Assembly (NCBI GenBank): GCA_002269645.1
Contig: NIVC01002342.1
Location: forward strand, 1 to 64,000
Direction: 5' to 3'
Length of the DNA stretch: 64,000 nt
From: Macrostomum lignano
Lineage: Eukaryota
Shown: positions 33,748-46,124 of the stretch, one piece after another
Numbering within the stretch: position 1 is the first letter of the stretch
How the letters are laid out: each line of letters opens with the position of its first letter
Program-made: the position numbers and the translations under genes
The notes under the pieces: generated by a model
Databases searched by the model: none
Seen by the model: only the letters and a program-made list of their open reading frames with translations
Told to the model about the DNA's origin: nothing

Positions 33748-36700
33748 TCTAATATACTAAAAATGGTCTGTCGGTATGTGTGTGTGTATGTGTGTGTGTG
33801 ATCGATTTTAGCAAAAATGGCTCAACCGATTTTCTTCGAACTTGCACCATTCGATCAGAAATTTTTCCGTGACGGTACATGCATCGTGGCTAAGAAATTG
33901 CTCGATGCTAAAGGGATTAAATATTCGAAAAACATGTTTTTTTGCAAAGGTCAAGCAGCTATTTCGACTTGAAACGCACTGTAAAAATGCTAGAGAAAAA
34001 ACTGACTGGTTGAATTCTGATTCTGAAATAGATTGCATCACAATACACTTTATTTATCGTCTGTGTACTGGCTAAATTTGACACTCAATTGAATTGCGTC
34101 ACAGCTTTGAGTGTGAAAGTATAGTGCAGTACTGAATTTATATTACGTAACCATATTGTTAGCTTTCATAGACACTGGTACTGACTTGCCTAAGAAATTG
34201 ATTATGTCATAACTGCTTCGTGTGACTTTTTACTCTACCTGACTTGGTGTGAGTGTTGAATTATATAAGTGGTACAAATTCACTGATAACTTCGATGAGA
34301 GCTAGCCTAGAGCTGAGCAGACCAGACTGCTAATGCAGCGACCTGGGTTCGAATCTAAGTAGTAGTGTAAAATTTTTTATTAAAAGCTTTTATTAAAGGA
34401 CTAAATAAAAACACTTAGATTACTGCACTCGATAAGCTAAGGATTATTGCTCTTGGCAAACCAAGGATTACTGCACTCGATAAGCCAAGGATTGTTGCTA
34501 TTAATAAACCAAGGATTACTGCACTCGATAAGCCAAGGATTATTGCTATTAATAAACCAAGGATTACTGCACTCAATAAACCAAGGACTATTGCTATTAA
34601 TAAACCAAGGATTACTGCACTCAATAAACCAAGGACTATTGCTCTTGGCAAACCAAGGATTACTGCACTCGATAAGCCAAGGATTGTTGCTATTAATAAA
34701 CCAAGGATTACTGCACTCGATAAGCCAAGGATTATTGCTATTAATAAACCAAGGATTACTGCACTCGATAAGCCAAGGATTATTGCTATTAATAAACCAA
34801 GGATTACTGCACTCGATAAGCCAAGGATTATTGTAAACCAAGGATTACTGCACTCGATAAGCCAAGGATTATAGCTATTAATAAACCAAGGATTATGCAC
34901 TTGGCAAACCAAGGATTACTGCACTCGATAAGCCAAGGATTATTGCTATTAATAAACCAAGGATTACTGCACTCAATAAACCAAGGACTATTGCTATTAA
35001 TAAACCAAGGATTACTGCACTCAATAAACCAAGGACTATTGCTATTAATAAACCAAGGATTACTGCACTCAATAAACCAAGGACTATTGCTATTAATAAA
35101 CCAAGGATTACTGCACTCAATAAACCAAGGACTATTGCTATTAATAAACCAAGGATTACTGCACTCAATAAACCAAGGACTATTGCTCTTGGCAAACCAA
35201 GGATTACTGCACTCGATAAGCCAAGGATTGTTGCTATTAATAAACCAAGGATTACTGCACTCGATAAGCCAAGGATTATTGCTATTAATAAACCAAGGAT
35301 TACTGCACTCAATAAACCAAGGACTATTGCTATTAATAAACCAAGGATTACTGCACTCAATAAACCAAGGACTATTGCTATTAATAAACCAAGGATTACT
35401 GCACTCAATAAACCAAGGACTATTGCTCTTGGCAAACCAAGGATTACTGCACTCGATAAGCCAAGGATTGTTGCTATTAATAAACCAAGGATTACTGCAC
35501 TCGATAAGCCAAGGATTATTGCTATTAATAAACCAAGGATTACTGCACTCGATAAGCCATGGATTATTGCTATTAATAAACCAAGGATTACTGCACTCGA
35601 TAGCCAAGGATTACTGCGCTTGATAAGCTTGGCTACATGTATAGGATTATTTCTATCCAGGGATGCTTGCTATTTAGGGATTCTTGCTATGTGCAGGATG
35701 CTTGCTATCTGGGTGGATGCTTGCTAGGAGTATTAGGGGATGCTTGCTACTGGGGGATGCTTGCTGTCTTGGGAATATTTTCTATTTAGGGGTAATGACT
35801 AAAATTCATGAGAGCTAGCCTAGAGGTAAACAGACTAAACTGCTAAATGCAGGGACGATGGTTCGAATTTTTAGAGAGTAGAGTTTTTTTTAATTAAAGC
35901 TTTTTAACGTCAAGACAAAAAAAATTATGGAAGCGTCATGTAAACAATCATAGAAGCGTCATGTAAACAATCATAGAAGCGTCATGCAAGCAATCATAGA
36001 AGCGTAATGTTAAAATCATACAAGCGTCATGTAAACAATCATACAAGCGTCATGTAAACAATCATAGAAGCGTCATGTAAAAATCATAGAAGCGTCATGT
36101 AAAAATCATAGAAGCGTCATGAAAAAATCATAGAAGCGTCATGTAAAAATCATAGAAGCGTCATGTAAACAATCATACAAGCGTCATGTAAACAATCATA
36201 CAAGCGTCATGTAAACAATCATACAAGCGTCATGTAAACAATCATACAAGCGTCATGTAAACAATCATAGAAGCGTCATGTAAACAATCATAGACACTGG
36301 TACTGACTTGCCTAAGAAATTGATTATGTCATAACTGCTTCGTGTGACTTTTTACTCTACCTGACTTGGTGTGAGTGTTGAATTATATAAGTGGTACAAA
36401 TTCACTGATAACTTCGATGAGAGCTAGCCTAGAGCTGAGCAGACCAGACTGCTAATGCAGCGACCTGGGTTCGAATCTAAGTAGTAGTGTAAAATTTTTT
36501 ATTAAAAGCTTTTATTAAAGGACTAAATAAAAACACTTAGATTACTGCACTCGATAAGCTAAGGATTATTGCTCTTGGCAAACCAAGGATTACTGCACTC
36601 GATAAGCCAAGGATTGTTGCTATTAATAAACCAAGGATTACTGCACTCGATAAGCCAAGGATTATTGCTATTAATAAACCAAGGATTACTGCACTCAATA

Positions 36701-39700
36701 AACCAAGGACTATTGCTATTAATAAACCAAGGATTACTGCACTCGATAAGCCAAGGATTATTGCTATTAATAAACCAAGGATTACTGCACTCAATAAACC
36801 AAGGACTATTGCTATTAATAAACCAAGGATTACTGCACTCAATAAACCAAGGACTATTGCTATTAATAAACCAAGGATTACTGCACTCAATAAACCAAGG
36901 ACTATTGCTCTTGGCAAACCAAGGATTACTGCACTCGATAAGCCAAGGATTGTTGCTATTAATAAACCAAGGATTACTGCACTCGATAAGCCATGGATTA
37001 TTGCTATTAATAAACCAAGGATTACTGCACTCAATAAACCAAGGACTATTGCTATTAATAAACCAAGGATTACTGCACTCAATAAACCAAGGACTATTGC
37101 TCTTGGCAAACCAAGGATTACTGCACTCGATAAGCCATGGATTATTGCTATTAATAAACCAAGGATTACTGCACTCGATAAGCCAAGGATTATTGCTATT
37201 AATAAACCAAGGATTACTGCACTCGATAAGCCAAGGAATATTGTAAACCAAGGATTACTGCACTCGATAAGCCAAGGATTATAGCTATTAATAAACCAAG
37301 GATTATGCACTTGGCAAACCAAGGATTACTGCACTCGATAAGCCAAGGATTATAGCTATTAATAAACCAAGGATTATGCACTTGGCAAACCAAGGATTAC
37401 TGCACTCGATAAGCCAAGGATTATTGCTATTAATAAACCAAGGATTACTGCACTCAATAAACCAAGGACTATTGCTATTAATAAACCAAGGATTACTGCA
37501 CTCAATAAACCAAGGACTATTGCTATTAATAAACCAAGGATTACTGCACTCAATAAACCAAGGACTGTTGCTATTAATAAACCAAGGATTACTGCACTCA
37601 ATAAACCAAGGACTATTGCTATTAATAAACCAAGGATTACTGCACTCAATAAACCAAGGACTATTGCTACTAATAAACCAAGGATTACTGCACTCAATAA
37701 ACCAAGGACTATTGCTCTTGGCAAACCAAGGATTACTGCACTCGATAAGCCAAGGATTGTTGCTATTAATAAACCAAGGATTACTGCACTCGATAAGCCA
37801 AGGATTATTGCTATTAATAAACCAAGGATTACTGCACTCGATAAGCCATGGATTATTGCTATTAATAAACCAAGGATTACTGCACTCGATAGCCAAGGAT
37901 TACTGCGCTTGATAAGCTTGGCTACATGTATAGGATTATTTCTATCCAGGGATGCTTGCTATTTAGGGATTCTTGCTATGTGCAGGATGCTTGCTATCTG
38001 GGTGGATGCTTTCTAGGAGTATTAGGGGATGCTTGCTACTGGGGGATGCTTGCTGTCTTGGGAATATTTTCTATTTAGGGTAATGACTAAAATTCATGAG
38101 AGCTAGCCTAGAGGTAAACAGACTAAACTGCTAAATGCAGGGACGATGGTTCGAATTTTTAGAGAGTAGAGTTTTTTTAATTAAAGCTTTTTAACGTCAA
38201 GACAAAAAAAATTATGGAAGCGTCATGTAAACAATCATAGAAGCGTCATGTAAACAATCATAGAAGCGTCATGCAAGCAATCATAGAAGCGTAATGTTAA
38301 AATCATACAAGCGTCATGTAAACAATCATACAAGCGTCATGTAAACAATCATAGAAGCGTCATGTAAAAATCATAGAAGCGTCATGTAAAAATCATAGAA
38401 GCGTCATGAAAAAATCATAGAAGCGTCATGTAAAAATCATAGAAGCGTCATGTAAACAATCATACAAGCGTCATGTAAACAATCATACAAGCGTCATGTA
38501 AACAATCATACAAGCGTCATGTAAACAATCATACAAGCGTCATGTAAACAATCATAGAAGCGTCATGTAAACAATCATAGACACTGGTACTGACTTGCCT
38601 AAGAAATTGATTATGTCATAACTGCTTCGTGTGACTTTTTACTCTACCTGACTTGGTGTGAGTGTTGAATTATATAAGTGGTACAAATTCACTGATAACT
38701 TCGATGAGAGCTAGCCTAGAGCTGAGCAGACCAGACTGCTAATGCAGCGACCTGGGTTCGAATCTAAGTAGTAGTGTAAAATTTTTTATTAAAAGCTTTT
38801 ATTAAAGGACTAAATAAAAACACTTAGATTACTGCACTCGATAAGCTAAGGATTATTGCTCTTGGCAAACCAAGGATTACTGCACTCGATAAGCCAAGGA
38901 TTGTTGCTATTAATAAACCAAGGATTACTGCACTCGATAAGCCAAGGATTATTGCTATTAATAAACCAAGGATTACTGCACTCAATAAACCAAGGACTAT
39001 TGCTATTAATAAACCAAGGATTACTGCACTCAATAAACCAAGGACTATTGCTCTTGGCAAACCAAGGATTACTGCACTCGATAAGCCAAGGATTGTTGCT
39101 ATTAATAAACCAAGGATTACTGCACTCGATAAGCCATGGATTATTGCTATTAATAAACCAAGGATTACTGCACTCAATAAACCAAGGACTATTGCTATTA
39201 ATAAACCAAGGATTACTGCACTCAATAAACCAAGGACTATTGCTCTTGGCAAACCAAGGATTACTGCACTCGATAAGCCATGGATTATTGCTATTAATAA
39301 ACCAAGGATTACTGCACTCGATAAGCCAAGGATTATTGCTATTAATAAACCAAGGATTACTGCACTCGATAAGCCAAGGATTATTGTAAACCAAGGATTA
39401 CTGCACTCGATAAGCCAAGGATTATTGCTATTAATAAACCAAGGATTATGCACTTGGCAAACCAAGGATTACTGCACTCGATAAGCCAAGGATTATTGTA
39501 AACCAAGGATTACTGCACTCGATAAGCCAAGGATTATTGCTATTAATAAACCAAGGATTACTGCACTCGATAAGCCAAGGATTATTGCTATTAATAAACC
39601 AAGGATTACTGCACTCGATAAGCCAAGGATTATTGTAAACCAAGGATTACTGCACTCGATAAGCCAAGGATTATAGCTATTAATAAACCAAGGATTATGC

Positions 39701-42538
39701 ACTTGGCAAACCAAGGATTACTGCACTCGATAAGCCAAGGATTATTGCTATTAATAAACCAAGGATTACTGCACTCAATAAACCAAGGACTATTGCTATT
39801 AATAAACCAAGGATTACTGCACTCAATAAACCAAGGACTATTGCTATTAATAAACCAAGGATTACTGCACTCAATAAACCAAGGACTGTTGCTATTAATA
39901 AACCAAGGATTACTGCACTCAATAAACCAAGGACTATTGCTATTAATAAACCAAGGATTACTGCACTCAATAAACCAAGGACTATTGCTCTTGGCAAACC
40001 AAGGATTACTGCACTCGATAAGCCAAGGATTGTTGCTATTAATAAACCAAGGATTACTGCACTCGATAAGCCAAGGATTATTGCTATTAATAAACCAAGG
40101 ATTACTGCACTCAATAAACCAAGGACTATTGCTATTAATAAACCAAGGATTACTGCACTCAATAAACCAAGGACTATTGCTATTAATAAACCAAGGATTA
40201 CTGCACTCAATAAACCAAGGACTATTGCTCTTGGCAAACCAAGGATTACTGCACTTGATTTATCAAGGATTATTGCTATTAATAAACCAAGGATTACTGC
40301 ACTCGATAAGCCAAGGATTATTGCTATTAATAAACCAAGGATTACTGCACTCGATAAGCCATGGATTATTGCTATTAATAAACCAAGGATTACTGCACTC
40401 GATAGCCAAGGATTACTGCGCTTGATAAGCTTGGCTACATGTATAGGATTATTTCTATCCAGGGATGCTTGCTATTTAGGGATTCTTGCTATGTGCAGGA
40501 TGCTTGCTATCTGGGTGGATGCTTGCTAGGAGTATTAGGGGATGCTTGCTACTGGGGGGATGCTTGCTGTCTTGGGAATATTTTCTATTTAGGGTAATGA
40601 CTAAAATTCATGAGAGCTAGCCTAGAGGTAAACAGACTAAACTGCTAAATGCAGGGACGATGGTTCGAATTTTTAGAGAGTAGAGTTTTTTTTAATTAAA
40701 GCTTTTTAACGTCAAGACAAAAAAAATTATGGAAGCGTCATGTAAACAATCATAGAAGCGTCATGTAAACAATCATAGAAGCGTCATGCAAGCAATCATA
40801 GAAGCGTAATGTTAAAATCATACAAGCGTCATGTAAACAATCATACAAGCGTCATGTAAACAATCATAGAAGCGTCATGTAAAAATCATAGAAGCGTCAT
40901 GTAAAAATCATAGAAGCGTCATGAAAAAATCATAGAAGCGTCATGTAAAAATCATAGAAGCGTCATGTAAACAATCATACAAGCGTCATGTAAACAATCA
41001 TACAAGCGTCATGTAAACAATCATACAAGCGTCATGTAAACAATCATACAAGCGTCATGTAAACAATCATACAAGCGTCATGTAAACAATCATAGAAGCG
41101 TCATGTAAACAATCATAAAAGCGTCATGTAAACAAGCATAGAAGCGTCATGTTAACATAGAAGCGTCATGAAAAAATCATAGAAGCCTCATATAAAAACT
41201 AATGAAAGTGTCATTTAAAAAATTAAGAAGCATCATGGAAGAATAAAAGAAGCGTAACATAAAAATCAAAAGAAGCGTCATGTCAGACATGAAAGAAGTG
41301 TCATATAAAAATTAAATGAAGCTATAGTGCTGTGCTGGGAGAATTACTGAGACGTCAAGGCTCACAGAGAATAACTGAGATTACAGGGGGGTTTCTGAGA
41401 TGTTAAAGCAAAAGTCAGAAGCTACTTCAAAGTACATGTACTTTACTTAAGTTTTTTTATTGTATTCTTTGTTGGCTTGCCACGGTGGGGGGGCGCTGAT
41501 AGAAGAAGAGTCATGTAAAAATAAAAGGAGCACTATGTATACATAAAATAAAAGTCATGTCAAAGTTAAAAGATTCATTTGGGAATTGCTACGATGTCAA
41601 AGCTTGGAGGGAATCGTTATAGTGCTGTGATTCTTAAAGAAGGAATCACTTAAATGCCAAGGCTTAGGGAAGAAGAATTGCTGTGATTTCAAGGCTTTAG
41701 GTTGGGTTAAAGTTAGGTTTAGGTCAGGTTTGGGTTGAGGGTTAGATTTTAGCGGGTTTCAAGGTTAACAGGGGATTTTTTAGATTTCAAGGTTTATGGG
41801 GGCATCGCTGACATGTCAAGGCTTACGAGGGGAATCTATCTATCTATCTATCTATAGCTGAGATGTCAAGGCTCACGGGGAATAAATGAGATGTCAAGGC
41901 TAATGTCAGAAGCTACATGTAGTTTATTGGAAAAAAGTTATTACATTATTTGTTGGCTCCTCACGGGAGGGATCGCTGATAGAAAAAGCGTAATGTAAAA
42001 AATAAAAGAAGCTTCATGTCGAAGTTAAGAGATTCATTTGGGAATCTTTACGATGTCGAGGCTTGCAGGGAATCGCTATAATGCTGTAGTAGTGCTATAA
42101 TGACTCTTAGAGAGAATTACTGAAATTTCAATGCTTTAGGGTTAGGGTTAGGGTTAGGGTTTGGGTTAGGGTTAGGGTTAGGGTTAGAAAGTAGACAGAT
42201 TTTTTAAGATTTCAAGGCTTATGGGAGCATCGCTGAGATGTCAAGGGGGGAGTTGATATGTTAAGGCTTGTGGGGGGGGGATTGCTGACATGTCAAGGCT
42301 TACAAGGGTACTGGTAGCGTACTGAAGCATACTGGTAGAAGTAGCTCTGAAAGAAGGCAAGTATGGTTGAATTTCAATGTCTGTTATAAAATTCTGCACA
42401 AGCATGTTTTATTGGTACATAAGCCTGGAATTAAAATGAGAATTCGATTCCTAGCCCCCCTCCCTAAGAATTTTTTTTCATTTTAAAGGATTCGTCCCTT
42501 GCTTATTGGCCACCCCAAAGGGGGCGCTAGATTGCTAG
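33748..42538 (+). mobile_element. Non-autonomous Helitron, copy 2 (about 8.8 kb, three internal units)
   Basis: Same TC 5' end (33748) and hairpin+CTAG|T 3' end (42535-42539) as copy 1. Confidence 0.75.
42136..42187 (+). repeat. Interstitial (TTAGGG)~8 inside Helitron copy 2
   Basis: Same sequence as 32440-32491. Confidence 0.9.
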
Positions 42539-43667
42539 TCACAAGCGCTAAATTTCACAAGCGCTAAACTTCACAAGCGCTAAACTTTACAAGCGCTAAA
42601 CTTCAAATTAGTTCCAAAATCGTGCGTTTTACGAGCGTATGCTCTGCTGACCAACCAATTTTTAATTCTGAAACTGCATCTGCAGATCCATTTATAAGCT
42701 GTAAATGTTAGCTGTAAAATTAATCACTTCAAGTTTCTGACAGTCAAATCCGCTCCAGACAGTCACATCCGCCACAGACAGGCGCAGATCAACCCCAGAC
42801 AGGCACATCCGCCACAGACTGTCACAGATCCGCCACAGACAGTCACACATCCGCCCCAGACAGTCAGATCCGCTCCAGACAGTCAGATCCGCCACAGACA
42901 GTCAGATCCGCCACAGACAGTCAGATCCGCTCCAGACAGTCACATCCGCTACAGACAGTCACATCCGCCCCAGACAGTCAGATCCGCCCCAGACAGTCAG
43001 ATCCGACACAGACAGGCACAGATCCGCTCCAGGCAGTCACATCCGCTACAGACAGTCACATCCGCTACAGACAGTCAGATCCGCCACAGACAGGCGCAGA
43101 TCAACCCCAGACAGGCACAGATCCGCTCCAGACATTCACATCCGCCACAGACAGATCCGTCACAGACAGTCACATCCGTCACAGACAGTCACATCCGTCA
43201 CAGACAGTCAGATCCGCGACAGACATTCACATCCGCCACAGACAGTCACATCCGTCACAGACAGTTAGATCCGCGACAGACATTCACATCCGCCACAGAC
43301 AGTCACATCCGCCACAGACAGTCAGATCCGCCACAGATAGTCCAGTCAGATCCGCCCCAGACAGTCAGATCCGCCACAGACAGGCGCAGATTCGCTCCAG
43401 ACATTCACATCCGCCACAGACAGTCACATCCGCCACAGACAGTCAGATCCGCGACAGACATTCACATCCACCACAGACAGTCACATCCGCCACAGACAGT
43501 CAGATCCGCCCCAGACAGTCAGATCCGCCACAGACAGGCGCAGATTCGCTCCAGACATTCACATCAGCCACAGACAGATCCGCCACAGACAGTCACATCC
43601 GCCACAGACAGTCAGATCCGCGACAGACATTCACATCCGCCACAGACAGTCGGATCCGCCACAGACA

Positions 43668-44279
43668 GGGGGAGGCTTCAGAAGCGCTAATTTTCATAAG
43701 CGCTAACTCACCTACTTTCACAAGCGCTAAATTTCACAAACGCTAAACTTCATAACCGCTAACTCACTTACTTTCACAAGCGCTAAACTTCACAAGCGCT
43801 AAACTTCACAATAGCTAAAAATTCGCCACCTACTTTCACAAACGCTAAATTTCACAAGCGCTAAACTTCAGAATAGCGAAACCACCTACTTTCACAAGCG
43901 CTAAACTTCACAACCGCTAAAACACAAATGTCGCCTACTTTCACAAGCGCTAAACTTCACAAACGCTAACCTTTACAATCCCCAAAACACGAATGTCGGA
44001 TTCTTTTACAAGCGCTAAAATGTTAATTTACTATATATACTAATATACTATTTTAGCGCTTGTGAAAGTAGCCGACATTCGTATTTTAGCGGTTTTTTTA
44101 ACGTTTAGCGCTTGTGAAGTTTAGCGCTTGTGAAGTTTAGCGCTTGTGAAGTTTAGCGCTTGTGAAAGTAGGCGGCAAATTTTTAGCTATTATGAAGTTT
44201 AGCGCTTGTGAAATTTAGCGCTTGTGAAAGTCAATGTCGTTAGCGGTTATGAAAATTAGCGCTTGTGAAAGCGACCCCC
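43668..44279. mobile_element. Foldback/MITE-like palindromic element (about 612 bp) with arms made of 16-bp TCACAAGCGCTAAACT repeats
   Basis: Left end GGGGGAGGCTTCA..AAGCGCTAATTTTCATAA; right end TTATGAAAATTAGCGCTTGTGAAAGCGACCCCC. Inner inverted pair ACGAATGTCGG..ACAAGCGCTAAAAT / ATTTTAGCGCTTGT..CCGACATTCGT around an AT-rich centre at about 44025-44050. Confidence 0.7.
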
Positions 44280-46124
44280 AGACAGTCAGATCCGCCACAG
44301 ACAGGCACAGATCCGCCCCAGACAGTCAGATCTGCCACAGACAGTCAGATCCGCCCCAGACAGTCAGATCCGCCACAGACAGTCAAGATCCGCTCCAGAC
44401 AGTCAGATCCACCACAGACAGGCACAGATCCGCCCCAGACAGTCAGATCTGCCACAGACAGTCACATCCGCTACAGACAGTCAGATCCGCTCCAGACATT
44501 CACATCCGCCACAGACAGTCACATCCGCCACAGAAAGTCAGATCCGCCCCAGACAGTCAGATCTGCCACAGACAGTCACATCCGCCACAGACAGTCAGAT
44601 CTGCCACAGACAGTCACATCCGCCACAGAAAGTCAGATCCGCCCCAGACAGTCAGATCCGCCCCAGACAGTCAGATCCGCCACAGACAGGCACAGATCCA
44701 CCCCAGACAGTCAGATCTGCCACAGACAGTCACATCCGCCCCAGACAGTCAGATCCGCCCCAGACAGTCAGATCCGCCCCAGACAGTCAGATCCGCCACA
44801 GACAGGCACAGATCCGCCACAGACAGTCACATCCGCCACAGAAAGTCAGATCCGCCCCAGACAGTCAGATCCGCCACAGACAGTCACATCCGCCACAGAA
44901 AGTCAGATCCGCCCCAGACAGTCAGATCCGCCCCAGACAGTCAGATCCGCCACAGACAGGCACAGATCCACCCCAGACAGTCACATCCGCCACAGAAAGT
45001 CAGATCCGCCCCAGACAGTCAGATCCGCCACAGACAGGCACAGATCCACCCCAGACAGTCAGATCTGCCACAGACAGTCACATCCGCCACAGAAAGTCAG
45101 ATCCGCCCCAGACAGTCAGATCCGCCCCAGACAGTCAGATCCGCCACAGACAGGCACAGATCCGCTACAGACAGTCACATCCGCCACAGAAAGTCAGATC
45201 CGCTACAGACAGTCACATCCGCCACAGAAAGTCAGATCCGCCCCAGACAGTCAGATCCGCCACAGACAGGCACAGATCCGCCACAGACAGTCAGATCCAC
45301 CTCAGTCACAGATCCGCCCAGACAGTCACAGATGAGCCACAGGCAGTCACAGATCCACCGTGACACGGCGTCAAAGATAATATGATAAGAATTATTAAAA
45401 ATATCAAAAGACAAGTACGCTGTCAAGTATTGGCAAGGCGGCTACAATGAAAAGACCTAGCTCATAAAATTATTCCCTGTGCGAGTATTATCGGCACACG
45501 AAGTTAGCAAATAAACTAAGACTTGTGTCTGATCGTGGAACAAGTAGTCCACCACTAAATTGCAATGCGCGGTGCCCGAAAGAATCACATTCAATTTTGC
45601 TCGGTAGCCCTTTGCTTTCTGTTGAGAAAGACTCTGGCCAAGGCCAGCGGCTTGCATGTGATGTTCAAAGGTAGCCGTGCATAAAAAACAAGCTTATCTA
45701 TCTCTGTCTTTAAAATATGCGGGCTATATTTTTATTTTGCTCCAATAAAACTGACATTGAGAGGCTGGGCAGGTCAGCAATCAAAGCTCGCTAAGATGAA
45801 CGCACAAAGGTAGGAAATTTGATTGCAGCATCGAGATAGTTTAACATACATGTACTCAGTCAGCAAGTCAGTGCATTGCAGATAGAAAAGTGTAGAAGTG
45901 TAGCATATAGAAAAATATCCTCAAGACAAGTCTTCCTGCATTATTTAGTTCACATCCCAGAGTCTGAAATCAATCAGCGGGTTTGCCTCCTAGAGATATT
46001 TAATTAAACCTAAAAAACTACAAAGATTAACAATGCGGGGAAATAAATAAGCCTCTTAAACATTGGGCAGTTGAAGTAAGGATTTCAGACTAAAAAATCG
46101 CTGGTGTTTTCATTCGCGCTACCG

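Larger units (their letters stand above)
25125..43810. repeat. Large tandem array: units 25125-32913 (7.8 kb) and 32914-42609 (9.7 kb), plus partial third unit from 42610
   Basis: AGTTCCAAAATCGTGCGTTTTACGAGCG recurs at 25125, 32914 and 42610. Identical ORFs are offset by 7282 bp (26526/33808). Confidence 0.92.

Noticed and set aside
27133-40425. Many 116-274 aa ORFs (PWLIECSN, ILGLLIA, NQGLLHS), and a CRISPR-like look of the recurring CCAAGGA motif
   Set aside because: 24-bp minisatellite variants; the 'spacers' are a few recurring variants rather than unique sequences, there are no cas genes, and the context is eukaryotic.
44234-45385. 383-aa and 356-aa ORFs
   Set aside because: 19-bp satellite open in two frames.
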